DNA of 64,000 bases, from assembly GCA_963781585.1 (NCBI GenBank), contig CAWAGQ010000010.1, positions 224,001-288,000 on the forward strand. Reading direction: 5' to 3'. Positions 19,678 through 30,468 of the stretch are shown piece by piece. The position numbers were made by a program, and so were the translations under genes. The notes beneath the pieces were generated by a model. The model did not search any database, was not told where the DNA came from, and worked only from the letters and a program-made list of their open reading frames with translations. The stretch's first letter is position 1. Each line of letters starts with the position of its first letter. The stretch is from an uncultured Gemmatimonadaceae bacterium. Lineage in GTDB: Bacteria > Gemmatimonadota > Gemmatimonadetes > Gemmatimonadales > Gemmatimonadaceae.

Positions 19678-20805
19678 ATGCGACGGACTTTTCTGATGAT
19701 GCTGGGGTGGGCTCTGCCGATCGCGGCCGCCGCCCAGAAGATCGTCGTCGTGCCGCTCAAGCCGGCCGACGCGATGCTCGACGAGGAGTTCACGTTGATC
19801 GGCTCGGTGCGCGAACTGCGCGACGGGCGCGTGCTGGTCACCGACCCCCGCGAGAATCGGGTCGTGGTCGTCGACTTGCGAACCAATCAGGTAGCACAGG
19901 TTGGACGGCAGGGCCACGGTCCGGAGGAATACGGTTCGGCGGCGCCGTTGTATCCGCTGGCAGGCGACTCCAGCATCATGTTCGATATGCTGAACCGCCG
20001 CTGGCTGCTGTTCGACGGGGCCAGGATCGCAGGCACGCTGCCCCCCGATGCCCCTGCCATTCAGGCGACCCGTGGATTCGGGACGGGGGCGGACGCTCGC
20101 GGATTCGTCACCAGTCTTGCCAGTCAGCCGCCATTTGCCGGCTCGAGGGACATCGGAAAGAACGACTCGTCCACCATCATCCGAGTCGCCCGGTCGAATG
20201 GCACGGTGGACACGATCGCGCGGCTGCGCAGCGCCCCTGCCCACGCCGAGTCACAGGTCGACGCCAAGGGGAACGTGACCAGCATGGAAATCAGGCGAAG
20301 CGCGTTCTCGAGGGGAGAGGAATCGCTTCTGTTTCGCGACGGCTGGCTCGCGGTGGCCCGATTGGAGCCCTATCGCGTCGACTGGCGCGCCCCCGATGGC
20401 CATTGGACGCTCGGCAAGCCGCTGCCGCTGCCCGCCATCAAGATGACCGGGCGTGAGAAGAGTGCGTTCATGGAACGGATTGCCAAATCGAGCGGGAGGC
20501 CGGTCAGGTCCCCCGACACCGTGAAGGACTGGCCTGACGAGCTTCCTCCGTACGCGATGCGTCCCCTTGTGGCCGCGCCCGATGGTTGGCTTCTCGTTCT
20601 CAAGGAGCGTTCCGCGGAGCATCCCGAGACGATATACGACGTGGTCGATCGGCGCGGCGTGCTCCACGGCCAGATCACGATGCCGGTCACCGAACGCATC
20701 ATCGGTGCGGGAGCACGGTCGGTGTACGTGGCCGTGAAGGACGAGAACGACATCGAGCGGCTACGCCGCCACCCGTGGCCCATGGACCGGCCGATCGCGC
20801 CGTAA
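19678..20805 (+). CDS. Secreted beta-propeller-like protein (6-bladed/NHL-like family)
   Basis: Signal peptide; ELRDGRVLVTD and GRQGHGPEEY motifs; ATG after GGAGGA. Confidence 0.75.
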   Translation: MRRTFLMMLGWALPIAAAAQKIVVVPLKPADAMLDEEFTLIGSVRELRDGRVLVTDPRENRVVVVDLRTNQVAQVGRQGHGPEEYGSAAPLYPLAGDSSIMFDMLNRRWLLFDGARIAGTLPPDAPAIQATRGFGTGADARGFVTSLASQPPFAGSRDIGKNDSSTIIRVARSNGTVDTIARLRSAPAHAESQVDAKGNVTSMEIRRSAFSRGEESLLFRDGWLAVARLEPYRVDWRAPDGHWTLGKPLPLPAIKMTGREKSAFMERIAKSSGRPVRSPDTVKDWPDELPPYAMRPLVAAPDGWLLVLKERSAEHPETIYDVVDRRGVLHGQITMPVTERIIGAGARSVYVAVKDENDIERLRRHPWPMDRPIAP

Positions 20806-20837
20806 CATCTGCCCATGGACCGGCCGATCGCGCCGTA
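20778..20837 (+). repeat. 27-bp direct repeat duplicating the 3' end of the upstream gene
   Basis: GCCCATGGACCGGCCGATCGCGCCGTA at 20778-20804 and 20811-20837. Confidence 0.9.
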
Positions 20838-20978
20838 CATCGTCGCAAACGGCGCGCCGGCCCAGCTCACGAGCGCGCTCCGGCGGCCTGTTGGTAACTC
20901 CAGGGCGGCCGCAACCGTCAATGGAAAGCCACGCCCGGCCGCCACGGCCGGAACAGTGGCTCACCGATCCGCTACCCC

Positions 20979-21725
20979 ATGAGCGACATCACCCTCACCT
21001 GTCCTGGTTGCGGCGCCCCGGCCGAACCGGGGGCGCCGTGCGCTTATTGTGGGCGGGCGCTGGTCACCATGATCTGCCCGAAGTGCTCGGCGGCCGCGTT
21101 CGAGGGGATGGAGTACTGCCCAAAGTGCGGTGCACCGATTGCGCACCAGGCCATTGCCACCGACCAGACGGCGAAGTGTCCGCGTTGCCGGGTGGACATG
21201 GATGCCGTGCAGCTGGGTACTGCGGTCGCGAGGGAGTGCCCGGACTGCACCGGCTTGTGGATCGATGCCGAGGCATTCGACCGCATCTGCGGAGACCGCG
21301 AGCAGCACTTGAGTATTCTCGGCACCGCTGGCGCCGCAGCGCCGCCTCACGCGAACGGCCTGCGGCCGCAGGACGTCCGCTACCTGCATTGCCCGGCGTG
21401 CAACACGCTGATGAACCGGGTGAATTTCGCGAAGATCTCCGGCGTGGTGATCGACCTCTGCAAGCACGACGGCGTGTGGCTGGACGCCGGCGAACTGCAG
21501 CGCGTCATCGGTTTCATCGACCGAGGCGGTCTCGAGACGTCACGGGCCAGGGAGCGGGAGCGTCTGGTCGAGGAGCAGCACCGGCTGGAGGCGCTGCGCG
21601 GGATCTCGCCGCCGCGCGAGGCGTCGTGGCAATCGACCATGACCATCGCCCGCGGGGATTCCCGCGACTCGGCGGTGGACGTGGTGCACCTCCTCAGCAG
21701 CGTCATCAACTTCACGAAGCGTTAG
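20979..21725 (+). CDS. Multi-zinc-ribbon protein (double zinc ribbon plus two zf-TFIIB-like domains)
   Basis: Many CxxC pairs; GLWIDAEAF and GVWLDAGEL repeats. Confidence 0.8.
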   Translation: MSDITLTCPGCGAPAEPGAPCAYCGRALVTMICPKCSAAAFEGMEYCPKCGAPIAHQAIATDQTAKCPRCRVDMDAVQLGTAVARECPDCTGLWIDAEAFDRICGDREQHLSILGTAGAAAPPHANGLRPQDVRYLHCPACNTLMNRVNFAKISGVVIDLCKHDGVWLDAGELQRVIGFIDRGGLETSRARERERLVEEQHRLEALRGISPPREASWQSTMTIARGDSRDSAVDVVHLLSSVINFTKR

Positions 21726-21773
21726 GCGTCGGCCCTCCGCCCACGACAACGACCATCGGCACAGGAGCCCACA

Positions 21774-22862
21774 ATGACAATCCGGGATTTCATTCACGGG
21801 GAGCTGATCGATATCGTGGAGTGGCTGGAGGACTCCCCGGAGGCGATGGCGTGGCGGTTCGTCCGGCCCGACAACGAAATCAAGAATGGCGCGCGGCTGG
21901 TGGTTCGTCCGGCGCAGGTCGCCGTGTTCGTCGATCAGGGCGAGGTGGCTGACGTCTTCCAGCCGGGCACCCACGAGCTGGCCACACGCAACCTCCCCGT
22001 GCTCTCCCGGCTGCGCGGCTGGAAGTACGGATTCGAGAGCCCGTTCAAGGCCGAAGTGGTCTTCGTCAGCACGCGCCAGTTCGCCAACAGGAAGTGGGGC
22101 ACCAGGAATCCGGTCATCACCCGTGATGCTGAGGTGGGGCCCGTGCGGCTCCGGGCATACGGGACGTTCTCGGTCCGGGTCGGGGACGCGGCGCGCTTCA
22201 TCCGGGAGCTGGTGGGGGCCAACGCCGGATTCGTGTTCGACGACATCGGCGACCAGCTGCGGAATCTGGTCGTCTCGCGCTTCGGCGACCTGGTGGGCGA
22301 AGACCGGATACCGGTGCTGCAGCTTTCCTCGCTGTTCGTCGAGGTGGGTGACAAGCTCACCACGCGTGTGCGATCCGACTTCGCCAACTACGGGCTCGAC
22401 GTGACACAGGTGGTCGTGGAGAACATCTCGCTTCCCCCCGAGGTGGAGCAGACGCTGGATCAGAAGACGCGGCTCGGAATCATCGGCGACATGGGCGAGT
22501 ACCAGGCGCTGGTGTCGGCCGATGCGCTGCGCGACGCGGCGCGCAATCCGGGTGGCGGGGCGGCGGGGGGCGTTGCCGTGGGTGTCGGCTTCGGGATGGC
22601 CCAGCAGATGGCGGCGAAGAGCGGTCGGGCGACACCGGCCGCAACGCCGGTGCTCGAACCACCGCCGATTCCGGGTGCGGTCGCGTTCTACTACGCCGTG
22701 GGAAATGAGCGACACGGCCCGACGGACCTGGCGACGCTTGCGGAGCAGGCGCGCCTGGGCAGGATCGGACCGGACACGCTCCTGTGGCGCTCGGGAATGG
22801 CTGGTTGGACGAGGGCCGGGGACGTGGCGGAAGTCGCATCCCTCTGGAAGGCCACCTCCTGA
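21774..22862 (+). CDS. SPFH domain protein with C-terminal GYF_2-like domain
   Basis: IKNGARLVVR, ESPFKAEVVF, KWGT; C-terminal HGP...LLWRSGMAGW. Confidence 0.85.
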   Translation: MTIRDFIHGELIDIVEWLEDSPEAMAWRFVRPDNEIKNGARLVVRPAQVAVFVDQGEVADVFQPGTHELATRNLPVLSRLRGWKYGFESPFKAEVVFVSTRQFANRKWGTRNPVITRDAEVGPVRLRAYGTFSVRVGDAARFIRELVGANAGFVFDDIGDQLRNLVVSRFGDLVGEDRIPVLQLSSLFVEVGDKLTTRVRSDFANYGLDVTQVVVENISLPPEVEQTLDQKTRLGIIGDMGEYQALVSADALRDAARNPGGGAAGGVAVGVGFGMAQQMAAKSGRATPAATPVLEPPPIPGAVAFYYAVGNERHGPTDLATLAEQARLGRIGPDTLLWRSGMAGWTRAGDVAEVASLWKATS

Positions 22863-23020
22863 TCGCGGCCAGTTGTCGGCAGGAATTCAGCCGCCGGACT
22901 TTTCAGCAGGACGCAGACGAAGAGGCGTCTGCCGCAGTCGCTGGCCTGTTGCGGCGAACACGGCATTGGCGACCGCGGCGAACGCACGCCGCGCTGCAGG
23001 CCCCGCTCGCGGCGCCCCGG

Positions 23021-24904
23021 TCAGCGCCCTACGAAATGCAGCAGGATCGTCGCATCAGCCGAGATTCGGGCGTGCGTGCTGTCCCCGGTGGCGTTGAGGC
23101 TGGCGACGACGATCCGGATGCGCAGTCCGTTCCCTTCGGCATCCAGGACCAGCGGTTGTTGGGTCGCCTGCCGGGAAGATCCGCGGCTCGCGGAGTCCGA
23201 CGACGGTCCCGAGACCCCTCGTGCCGGCGCCGCTGCGGGCGTCACGCGCAGGCGGTCCGGACTCTGGATGGCGCGCGCCTGCTCGACCAGAGGCCAGAGC
23301 GGGATTTCCAGCAGGCGCTCCTTCCCCCGACTGATGATCGTCCGCTGGGGCAGCGAGTCCGGCGCGAACGTCAGCGTGTCGGTGCCTAACGTGATCGTGA
23401 AAGTCGAGGCAAGGTTGCCGCGGGTCACCCATTCGTAGCCCTCGACGGCGATGCCGAGGGGCGACTGGGCGTTGAAGTTCGTCACGCGGGCCGTCTCGCG
23501 ACTCTCCCACTGCGCCACGTACGACACGCCCAATCGCTGCAGCACCCCCCGCGCGGCCGCATCGTCCGTCCCCGTCGCGCCGGGCTCACCCTGGGCGCCA
23601 GGCGGATGGGCCGCCAGTGCCGAGAGGGTGTCCGAGATCGACCGCAGCGACGTGGGACCGTGCATCTGCACGAGATAGCGCACCACGCTGCTCATCTCGC
23701 GGCGCTGGTCGAACGGAATGGGGCCCGATGCTGCCTCCAGGCGCGGGCTCACCTGAATCGCGTTGGCGGCGAGCATCTGACGAAAGCGTCCAAGCTGGCT
23801 GCGGAGCGAAACGGCGTAGGCCGACCACGGTCCGGCGAAGGTGACCAGCGCCAGCGCGCCTAACGTTGTCGGAATGAGGCGGATGTTGCGCGACGCGGTG
23901 ATCGCGTAGTAGAGGGCGATGGCGCCGAGCCAGAGCGCCAGCACCGCGAGGAAGTAGCGGCGCTCGGTCACGCCGTACTGGTCGATGCGCAACCAGATCG
24001 CCATCAGCAGCATGCCGACGGCGGGGAGGAGCGCGACCCAGAACCACCGGCTGTACCCGTCCACCCAGCGACTGTCCGCCCGTTCACGGACCGGGTGGAT
24101 GAGCAGCAGCGCCAGGGTGCCGGCGACCGCCACGCTCGAGACGAGATATCCGATCCATCCACTGGGCCAGGTGCGCGTGACAACGACCCGCAGCAGGTAC
24201 GCGGTCAGGATCAGCAGGTAGACCGTGACGACCGGGATCAGGATGAACTGGGCGAAGACCTTGAGCCCCGCCGGATAGTCGTCCCGCGCCTCCAGCGCGT
24301 TCAGTTCGCGCGGAACGCCGCCGAGAAAGAACCAGGGGTGGAACACGAGGGCAATGACGATCCAGAGCCGGCCGTACCATTCGCCATCGATCTTCACGCC
24401 GAACAGCTGATGAATCGCCGCGAGTGCGATGGCGAGGCCGGCAAACAGCACAGCCGCAAACAGCCCCGCCACGAGGTACCGCACGAAGAGCAGGCGGTTG
24501 TACTGCCAGAACGCGCGATCCAGCGTGCTGCCCATGAAGGGCAGGACAGCCACCGTGAGGTGCGCCAACACGACGAGATGCGCGAAGCGCGTGAACCGCA
24601 TCTGGTCGGTCCATGTTCCGCAGACGAACCACAGCGCGAGCAGGAGGAGGACCGCCGCTGCCTGCACTGCCGCGCGCGCTCCGCGGCTCCATACTGCCCG
24701 TTCCCCCCTCGTGACCACGGCGGTGAAGAGCGGCAGCCCGAGCAGCGCCGCGAGCAGCACGCGGACGGCGCCCCGGTCGTCCGAATGATCGACCAAATAG
24801 AGGGCCGCCGCCGCCGCGGTAATCGCGGACAGCAGGACCAGCGGGAAGCGTCCCGCCGTCTCCTTGGCCTGGCCGGCCAAATGCCGCAGTGAGACGAAAC
24901 GCAA
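23021..24904 (-). CDS. DUF4153-like multi-pass membrane protein
   Basis: RFPLVL start, RIDQYGVTERRY, GPWSAYAVS; start approximate (TTG). Confidence 0.75.
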   Translation of the reverse strand: MRFVSLRHLAGQAKETAGRFPLVLLSAITAAAAALYLVDHSDDRGAVRVLLAALLGLPLFTAVVTRGERAVWSRGARAAVQAAAVLLLLALWFVCGTWTDQMRFTRFAHLVVLAHLTVAVLPFMGSTLDRAFWQYNRLLFVRYLVAGLFAAVLFAGLAIALAAIHQLFGVKIDGEWYGRLWIVIALVFHPWFFLGGVPRELNALEARDDYPAGLKVFAQFILIPVVTVYLLILTAYLLRVVVTRTWPSGWIGYLVSSVAVAGTLALLLIHPVRERADSRWVDGYSRWFWVALLPAVGMLLMAIWLRIDQYGVTERRYFLAVLALWLGAIALYYAITASRNIRLIPTTLGALALVTFAGPWSAYAVSLRSQLGRFRQMLAANAIQVSPRLEAASGPIPFDQRREMSSVVRYLVQMHGPTSLRSISDTLSALAAHPPGAQGEPGATGTDDAAARGVLQRLGVSYVAQWESRETARVTNFNAQSPLGIAVEGYEWVTRGNLASTFTITLGTDTLTFAPDSLPQRTIISRGKERLLEIPLWPLVEQARAIQSPDRLRVTPAAAPARGVSGPSSDSASRGSSRQATQQPLVLDAEGNGLRIRIVVASLNATGDSTHARISADATILLHFVGR

Positions 24905-25149
24905 CGGAGTGCCGGATGAAGAAGTGAGGGAGGTGACGACCAGGCGAATACGTGCGTCGTACGCGCCGGTACGTAACACCCGACGGCTGCGCTGCGGAAG
25001 GCTCCGAGCCCCCATCGCGACGATGCGCCCCTGGAGCCAATTGTCCAAACCCCTTCCCGCGTGAATCTTCCAAGCATCTGATCCGCTGTTTCCCCCGTGT
25101 GGCCGAGGGACGCTGCCGCACTCGGTTTCCCGTCGTCAGGAGTATCCGC

Positions 25150-26304
25150 ATGAGTGCTTCTACACGAAACCGTTCCTTCGTCCACGGGCGCCGTCTTTTC
25201 GCGCTGGCGCTTCTGATCGCGACGCGACCGCCCGGCGTCGCGGCCCAATCGGTTCAGCAGGATGCGCGCACCGCCTCGGCCTCCGCTCGACTCCCCGACC
25301 GACTCACGGATGCCGAATTCTGGTCGCTCGTCTCCGACATCTCCGAACCCGGAGGTTACTTCCGCAACAGCGACAACTTCACGTCGAACGAGCGGGAAAT
25401 CGGCCAGCTCTTCACCATGCTGCGGGTCCACCAGGTCCATGGCGGAGTGTACCTGGGCGTCGGGCCGGAGCAGAACTTCACCTATATCGCGGCGATCCGT
25501 CCCGCGATGGCGTTCATCGTCGATATCCGTCGTCAGGCGGTGATGCAGCACCTGATGTTCAAGGCGATCTTCGAGCTCGCGGACGACCGCGCGGATTTCA
25601 TCTCCCTGCTCTTCGCCAAACCGCGACCGGCCGGACTCGAGCCCAACACACCGGTTCAGAAGATCTGGGATGCGTACTGGAACGTGAGCTCGGACAGCGC
25701 GGCGGCATCGCGCAATTACGCCCGTATCGTGGAGCACCTGACGCGCACCCACGGCTTCACGATCACCAGCGAGGAATCGGCACAGCTCAAGTGGGTGTTC
25801 GACGCCTTCTACGGATACGGGCCGGCCATTTCCACGCGTGGCGCCCCGGGTGGTTTCGGTGGCGGCAACGGTACGACCTTCGCGGATCTCACCGGCTATT
25901 CGCTCGATGAAACCGGGCAGCCCCAGAGCTTCCTGTCGAGCGCCGAGAACTACACCTACGTGAAAGGCCTCCACGAGAAGAACCTGATCGTTCCCGTCTC
26001 GGGTGATTTCGGGGGGCCGAGGGCGATTCGCGCGATCGGGGCATGGCTGCACCAGCGGGGAGGCACGGTCAGCGCGTTCTACGTCTCGAACGTGGAGCAA
26101 TACCTCTTTGGCGATGCCAAGCAGTCCGCGTTCTACGCGAACGTGGCGACCTTGCCACTCACGCCGACCAGCATCTTCATCCGACCGTATTCAGTGCGGC
26201 GTGTGGGCCCGGTCCAGGCCCTGTGTGCGATCGCACCGTTCCTGGCCGCCGTCCACGCCGGCCACGTCTACAGCTACAACGAGGCGCTTGCCTGCGTGAA
26301 GTAG
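25150..26304 (+). CDS. Conserved hypothetical secreted protein
   Basis: Signal peptide; SEPGGYF-x-SDN, YLGVGPEQNFTYI, FYVSNVEQYL. Confidence 0.75.
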   Translation: MSASTRNRSFVHGRRLFALALLIATRPPGVAAQSVQQDARTASASARLPDRLTDAEFWSLVSDISEPGGYFRNSDNFTSNEREIGQLFTMLRVHQVHGGVYLGVGPEQNFTYIAAIRPAMAFIVDIRRQAVMQHLMFKAIFELADDRADFISLLFAKPRPAGLEPNTPVQKIWDAYWNVSSDSAAASRNYARIVEHLTRTHGFTITSEESAQLKWVFDAFYGYGPAISTRGAPGGFGGGNGTTFADLTGYSLDETGQPQSFLSSAENYTYVKGLHEKNLIVPVSGDFGGPRAIRAIGAWLHQRGGTVSAFYVSNVEQYLFGDAKQSAFYANVATLPLTPTSIFIRPYSVRRVGPVQALCAIAPFLAAVHAGHVYSYNEALACVK

Positions 26305-26317
26305 CGGGTCGGTCGCC

Positions 26318-28855
26318 TCACTCGGCGCGCAGCACTTCGACGGGGTTGACGCGCAGGGCGCGCCGCACCGGCAGCCAGCTCGCGAGCGCAAGAACGCCGA
26401 GCAGGACGAGCAGCGCCGCGACGAAGACGCGCAGATCGAGCGGGCTCGTGTCGTACAGCAGCGAGCGCAGCACGCGGGTGGCGGCGAACGCGCCGAGGAT
26501 CCCCGCCAGCAGGCCCGCGGCACCGAGCCGGATGGTCTGGGATGCGGACGCACGCATCACCTGCGCCTCGCTGGCGCCGAGGGCCACCCGCACACCCAGT
26601 TCGCGGGCGCGACTGGCGACGAAGTGTGCGGTCACGGCGTAGATCCCTGTTGCCGCCAGCAGGAGCGCGACGACCGCGAAGACGCCGAGCAGCATCGACT
26701 GGAAGCTCTGCTTCGCGAACGCGCCGCCCACGAGGTCGGTCATCGGCTGCACGTCGAGGAGTGCGAGATCGGGGTCGGCGCGTCGCACCGCCGCGGCCAC
26801 CGCGGGGACCGCCGCCATCGGATCGCCGGCGGTGCGCACCAGAACCGTGCGGCTCGCGTAGGTGAACTGCGCGTACGGGGTGAAGAAGCTCGGGAGCACC
26901 GGGGACTCGTCAGGCGCGTAGTAGGCCATGTCGGACACCACGCCCACGACCTCGGCGGCCGAGTCGACGCCGGCGTATGTGGCTGCAGCATCCCACCAGA
27001 TGCGTTTTCCGATCGGATCCTCGCCCGGCCAGAATCGGCGCGCGGCGGTCTGGTTGATCACCACCACGTGCGGCCGTCCCGCCCGATCCTGCGCGGTGAG
27101 CGTGCGCCCCTGCAACAGCCGAAGCCCCAATGTGCGGAAGTGGTCAGGTCCCACGTAATGACGGAGCACTTCCGGCGCCTCGGCGGTCGGGGGATTCGGG
27201 CGCCCGACGAGGAAGGCCTGGGCGCTGGCGCATCGTCCCGCGAGAGGCGCGCACCCGTCCACGGATGCGGCGACCACGCCGGGCACGCGCTCGATCTCGT
27301 GGAGCACGCGGTCGATGAGTCCGGCCGCCGCCGCTCCATTGTACTTCACCTCCGAAGGACGGATGGCGAAGGTCAGCAGGTGATCGGGCTCGAAGCCGAG
27401 GGTGGTGTCGCGCAGACGGGAGTAGCTGGCGAGCAGGAGTCCGCCGCCCACCAGCAGCACCACGGCGAGCGCCACCTGAAGCGAGACGACCATCTCGCGC
27501 AGCCCCAGGCGCCGTCCGAACGGACCGGACCACTGCGGCCGTCCGGACTTCAGGTCGGTGACGAGATCGACGCGCGTAGCGCGCAGGGCCGGAACGAGCG
27601 CGAAGAGGAGCACGGTCGCCATTCCGAGCCCGACCACGAACAGCAGCAGCCGGGCGTCGAGCCCGGGCGTGGAGAATTCGCCGATCGCGCCATAGAAGTT
27701 GCGTGGCCGTGCCATGGCGGCCGGCACGCGCACCAGTTCCATCGACCAGGTGCTGACGAGGATCGCCGCGATCGCCGAGAACCCGCCCAGAATGGCGCCC
27801 TCGCCGAGCAGCTGCCGGATCAGGCGTCCCCGCGTCGCTCCCACCGCCAGCCGGATCGCGATCTCGCGCCGGCGGCCGGTGGCGCGGCCCAGCAGCAGGC
27901 TGGCAACGTTGGCGCAGGCGATCAGCAGCAGGACGCTGACGGCGCCGAGCAGCAGGCCGAGGGCGCGACGCATCACCGGATTCACCCGCGCGTCGTTGAG
28001 GTACGAGGCGGTCGCCGAGTATTCGTCGTTAGGCGTCTCCAGCTCGCTGGGCGCCGCCTGCTGGATGCGGGAGCCGAGCACGGCGAGCTCGCGGCGCGCC
28101 TGGTCCAGGGCGACCCCGTCGCGCAACCGGCCAATCACGCTGATGAAGTTCTGATTGGTGGTGAAGTACTCGGCGTACGACGCGCGCGGTGCGGTGGAGG
28201 CGGAGGCCCAGATCTGCGCGTGGCCCGATATGCCGGAGAAGTCGCGGGACGCGATGCCCACGACGGTCACCGGAACGCCGTTGAGGTGGATCGCGTGACC
28301 GATCACCCCGGCGTCGCCCCCAAACCGGCGCTGCCAGAGTCCGTACCCGAGCACCACGGAAGGCGGCTGCGCGATCTCCGATTCCGTGGCCACGCCGGAC
28401 GGCGGTCGGTCCGGCTCCGGCAAGCTCGACGCGGTGCGTGTAAATCCCGCTCCGGCTGCCAGTCCGACACGAAGCACATCGAAGTAGTCACCAGACACGA
28501 GCTCCGTCTGCAGGGGCTCCGGATCCTGAACGTCGGTGAGCGTCAGCACCGCCACGCTGAACGACGCGATCGATGCGAACGACCGCTGAGCCTGGCGCAG
28601 GAGCTCGAATCTCGGCCACGACCAGCGCTCCGGACGGGGCGTCGTGGTCGGCGTGCTGCGGACGATCGTCAGAATCGCCAGTCGATTCGCCTGAGGAAAC
28701 GGTGGCTGCCGCAGGAGGGCGCCATCGATCAGGCCGAAGACCGTGGTGGTCGCCGCGATCCCGAGGGTCAGCGAGAGGATCGCGGCGCCCGTCAGGAGCG
28801 GAGCGCGGAGCAGGCTGCGGACCGCCTGGCGAATCTGCTGGGGAAGGGCCGACAT
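26318..28855 (-). CDS. ADOP-type duplicated ABC permease (MacB_PCD/FtsX x2)
   Basis: LLLIACANVASLLL...RRREIAIRLAVGA and RARELGVRVALGA. Confidence 0.9.
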   Translation of the reverse strand: MSALPQQIRQAVRSLLRAPLLTGAAILSLTLGIAATTTVFGLIDGALLRQPPFPQANRLAILTIVRSTPTTTPRPERWSWPRFELLRQAQRSFASIASFSVAVLTLTDVQDPEPLQTELVSGDYFDVLRVGLAAGAGFTRTASSLPEPDRPPSGVATESEIAQPPSVVLGYGLWQRRFGGDAGVIGHAIHLNGVPVTVVGIASRDFSGISGHAQIWASASTAPRASYAEYFTTNQNFISVIGRLRDGVALDQARRELAVLGSRIQQAAPSELETPNDEYSATASYLNDARVNPVMRRALGLLLGAVSVLLLIACANVASLLLGRATGRRREIAIRLAVGATRGRLIRQLLGEGAILGGFSAIAAILVSTWSMELVRVPAAMARPRNFYGAIGEFSTPGLDARLLLFVVGLGMATVLLFALVPALRATRVDLVTDLKSGRPQWSGPFGRRLGLREMVVSLQVALAVVLLVGGGLLLASYSRLRDTTLGFEPDHLLTFAIRPSEVKYNGAAAAGLIDRVLHEIERVPGVVAASVDGCAPLAGRCASAQAFLVGRPNPPTAEAPEVLRHYVGPDHFRTLGLRLLQGRTLTAQDRAGRPHVVVINQTAARRFWPGEDPIGKRIWWDAAATYAGVDSAAEVVGVVSDMAYYAPDESPVLPSFFTPYAQFTYASRTVLVRTAGDPMAAVPAVAAAVRRADPDLALLDVQPMTDLVGGAFAKQSFQSMLLGVFAVVALLLAATGIYAVTAHFVASRARELGVRVALGASEAQVMRASASQTIRLGAAGLLAGILGAFAATRVLRSLLYDTSPLDLRVFVAALLVLLGVLALASWLPVRRALRVNPVEVLRAE

Positions 28856-29060
28856 TGGGACGTGAGAGTAATGAAGGGGTGATGACGTCACGAGACGGCG
28901 TGCCCTGCTGCTGTGCTATTGGCGTGCCGGTCCCGTTGAGCGCCGGAACTGTTGGACGGTGAGGGAGTTACCAGTGTCGGACTTCGGGCGCCCCTGCCTG
29001 GGGGCGTTCGCGGCCGGGACTATGTGTTCGGAAGCGGACATGTGATCATCCGAGGGGGTC

Positions 29061-29939
29061 ATGACCGCGAGGGACGGAGCGGAGGATGAGGGCACGCCGT
29101 ACGGTCCGGAAACGTCGCTCAACGCGCGTCCGGTCCCCGCGACCGGCGAGATGCTCCCGGTGATGGGACTCGGCACCTGGAAAGTCTTCGATGTTTCAGG
29201 GTCCCGGGCGTCGCGGGCGCCGCTCGAGGAGGTGCTGCGCGATTTCGCGGCGTTAGGCGGGCGCCTGGTGGACACCTCTCCCATGTACGGCCGGTCGGAA
29301 GAGGTGATCGGGGACATCGCCGCGACCCTGCAGCTTCGCGATCGCCTCTTCCTTGCCACCAAGGTGTGGACCACCGGCACGAACGCCGGCGTGGCGCAGA
29401 TGCGCGAATCGTTCCGGAAGCTGCGCGCCAGCCAGATCGATCTGATGCAGGTCCACAACCTGGTGGACGTGCACCGTCATCTGGAGACGCTGCGGGCGTG
29501 GAAGCAGGAGGGGTTGGTGCGGTACGTCGGCATCACACACTACACGGCGTCAGCTCACGACGAGATGGCGCGTCTCGTGGCGTCGCACGCGCTCGACTTC
29601 ATACAGATCAACTACTCGGCGGTCGAGCGTGAGGCCGAGGGCCGGCTTCTGCCACTGGCCCGCGACCGGGGCGTGGCGGTGATCGCGAACCGGCCCCTGG
29701 CCAGCGGAGCGCTCCTGCGTCGCCTGCGGGAGCGGGCCCTGCCAGAATGGGCGGCGGAGATCGCGTGCCGCACCTGGGGGCAACTTCTGCTCAAGTTCGT
29801 CGTCGCCCACCCCGCCGTCACGTGCGCGATTCCCGCGACGTCGAATCCCGAGCACCTGCGCGAGAACATGGGTGCGGCCGTCGGCCTGCTTCCCGACGAA
29901 CCGCTGCGGGAACGGATCATTGCGGCGGTCACGCGATAG
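29061..29939 (+). CDS. Aldo/keto reductase
   Basis: GLGTW, DTSPMYG, ATKVW, DLMQVHN. Confidence 0.9.
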   Translation: MTARDGAEDEGTPYGPETSLNARPVPATGEMLPVMGLGTWKVFDVSGSRASRAPLEEVLRDFAALGGRLVDTSPMYGRSEEVIGDIAATLQLRDRLFLATKVWTTGTNAGVAQMRESFRKLRASQIDLMQVHNLVDVHRHLETLRAWKQEGLVRYVGITHYTASAHDEMARLVASHALDFIQINYSAVEREAEGRLLPLARDRGVAVIANRPLASGALLRRLRERALPEWAAEIACRTWGQLLLKFVVAHPAVTCAIPATSNPEHLRENMGAAVGLLPDEPLRERIIAAVTR

Positions 29940-29952
29940 GTCCGATGCAGGC

Positions 29953-30348
29953 GTGGGCGCGTTTCCGCCGCGCGTGCTGCTGGTGATGCCGGATCAGTGG
30001 CGCCGGGCGCTGCTCCGTGCCGCGTTGCGAGAGTTCGGATTCGACGCGGTTGGAGCGCGGAGCGTCGTTACGGCGCTGCGCGTCAGCGCGGTCGAGGCCG
30101 GCCGTGGCCTCGTGGCCCTCGTCGTCGTGGATCAGGCCGCCGTGGAGGCTGCCGCGACGGGCCAGCTGCGGGCCCTGGTGCACAAGTTCGAATCCCCTCC
30201 CGTGGTGCTCCTGGCGCGCACGACGGTGGCGCCGCCGGAAGGGACGTGGGCGCGGGTCCTCAGGCGGCCCGTCAGCATCGCCGAGATCGTCTCCGCAGTA
30301 CAGACCCTCCTCCCCCTGAAGCCCGGCGCCCGCCGTCCGGTCGACTGA
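29953..30348 (+). CDS. Hypothetical protein, possibly a degenerate receiver-like domain
   Basis: RVLLV...LVVVD...PVVLL...LRRPV pattern; start uncertain. Confidence 0.55.
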   Translation: MGAFPPRVLLVMPDQWRRALLRAALREFGFDAVGARSVVTALRVSAVEAGRGLVALVVVDQAAVEAAATGQLRALVHKFESPPVVLLARTTVAPPEGTWARVLRRPVSIAEIVSAVQTLLPLKPGARRPVD

Positions 30349-30360
30349 ATTCCGACGGCG

Positions 30361-30387
30361 TGTCGATTCCGGGAAGCATCACTCGAC
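30361..30387 (+). promoter_or_regulatory. ECF42-like promoter upstream of the DoxX gene
   Basis: TGTCGA-N17-CGAC. Confidence 0.55.
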
Positions 30388-30468
30388 GTGTCTGCAGGAG
30401 CCGGGAAGAAGCCGACCACGATGGTCCGGTGACCCGCTCGACACTGCAACCCGAGAGGAGACACGACA

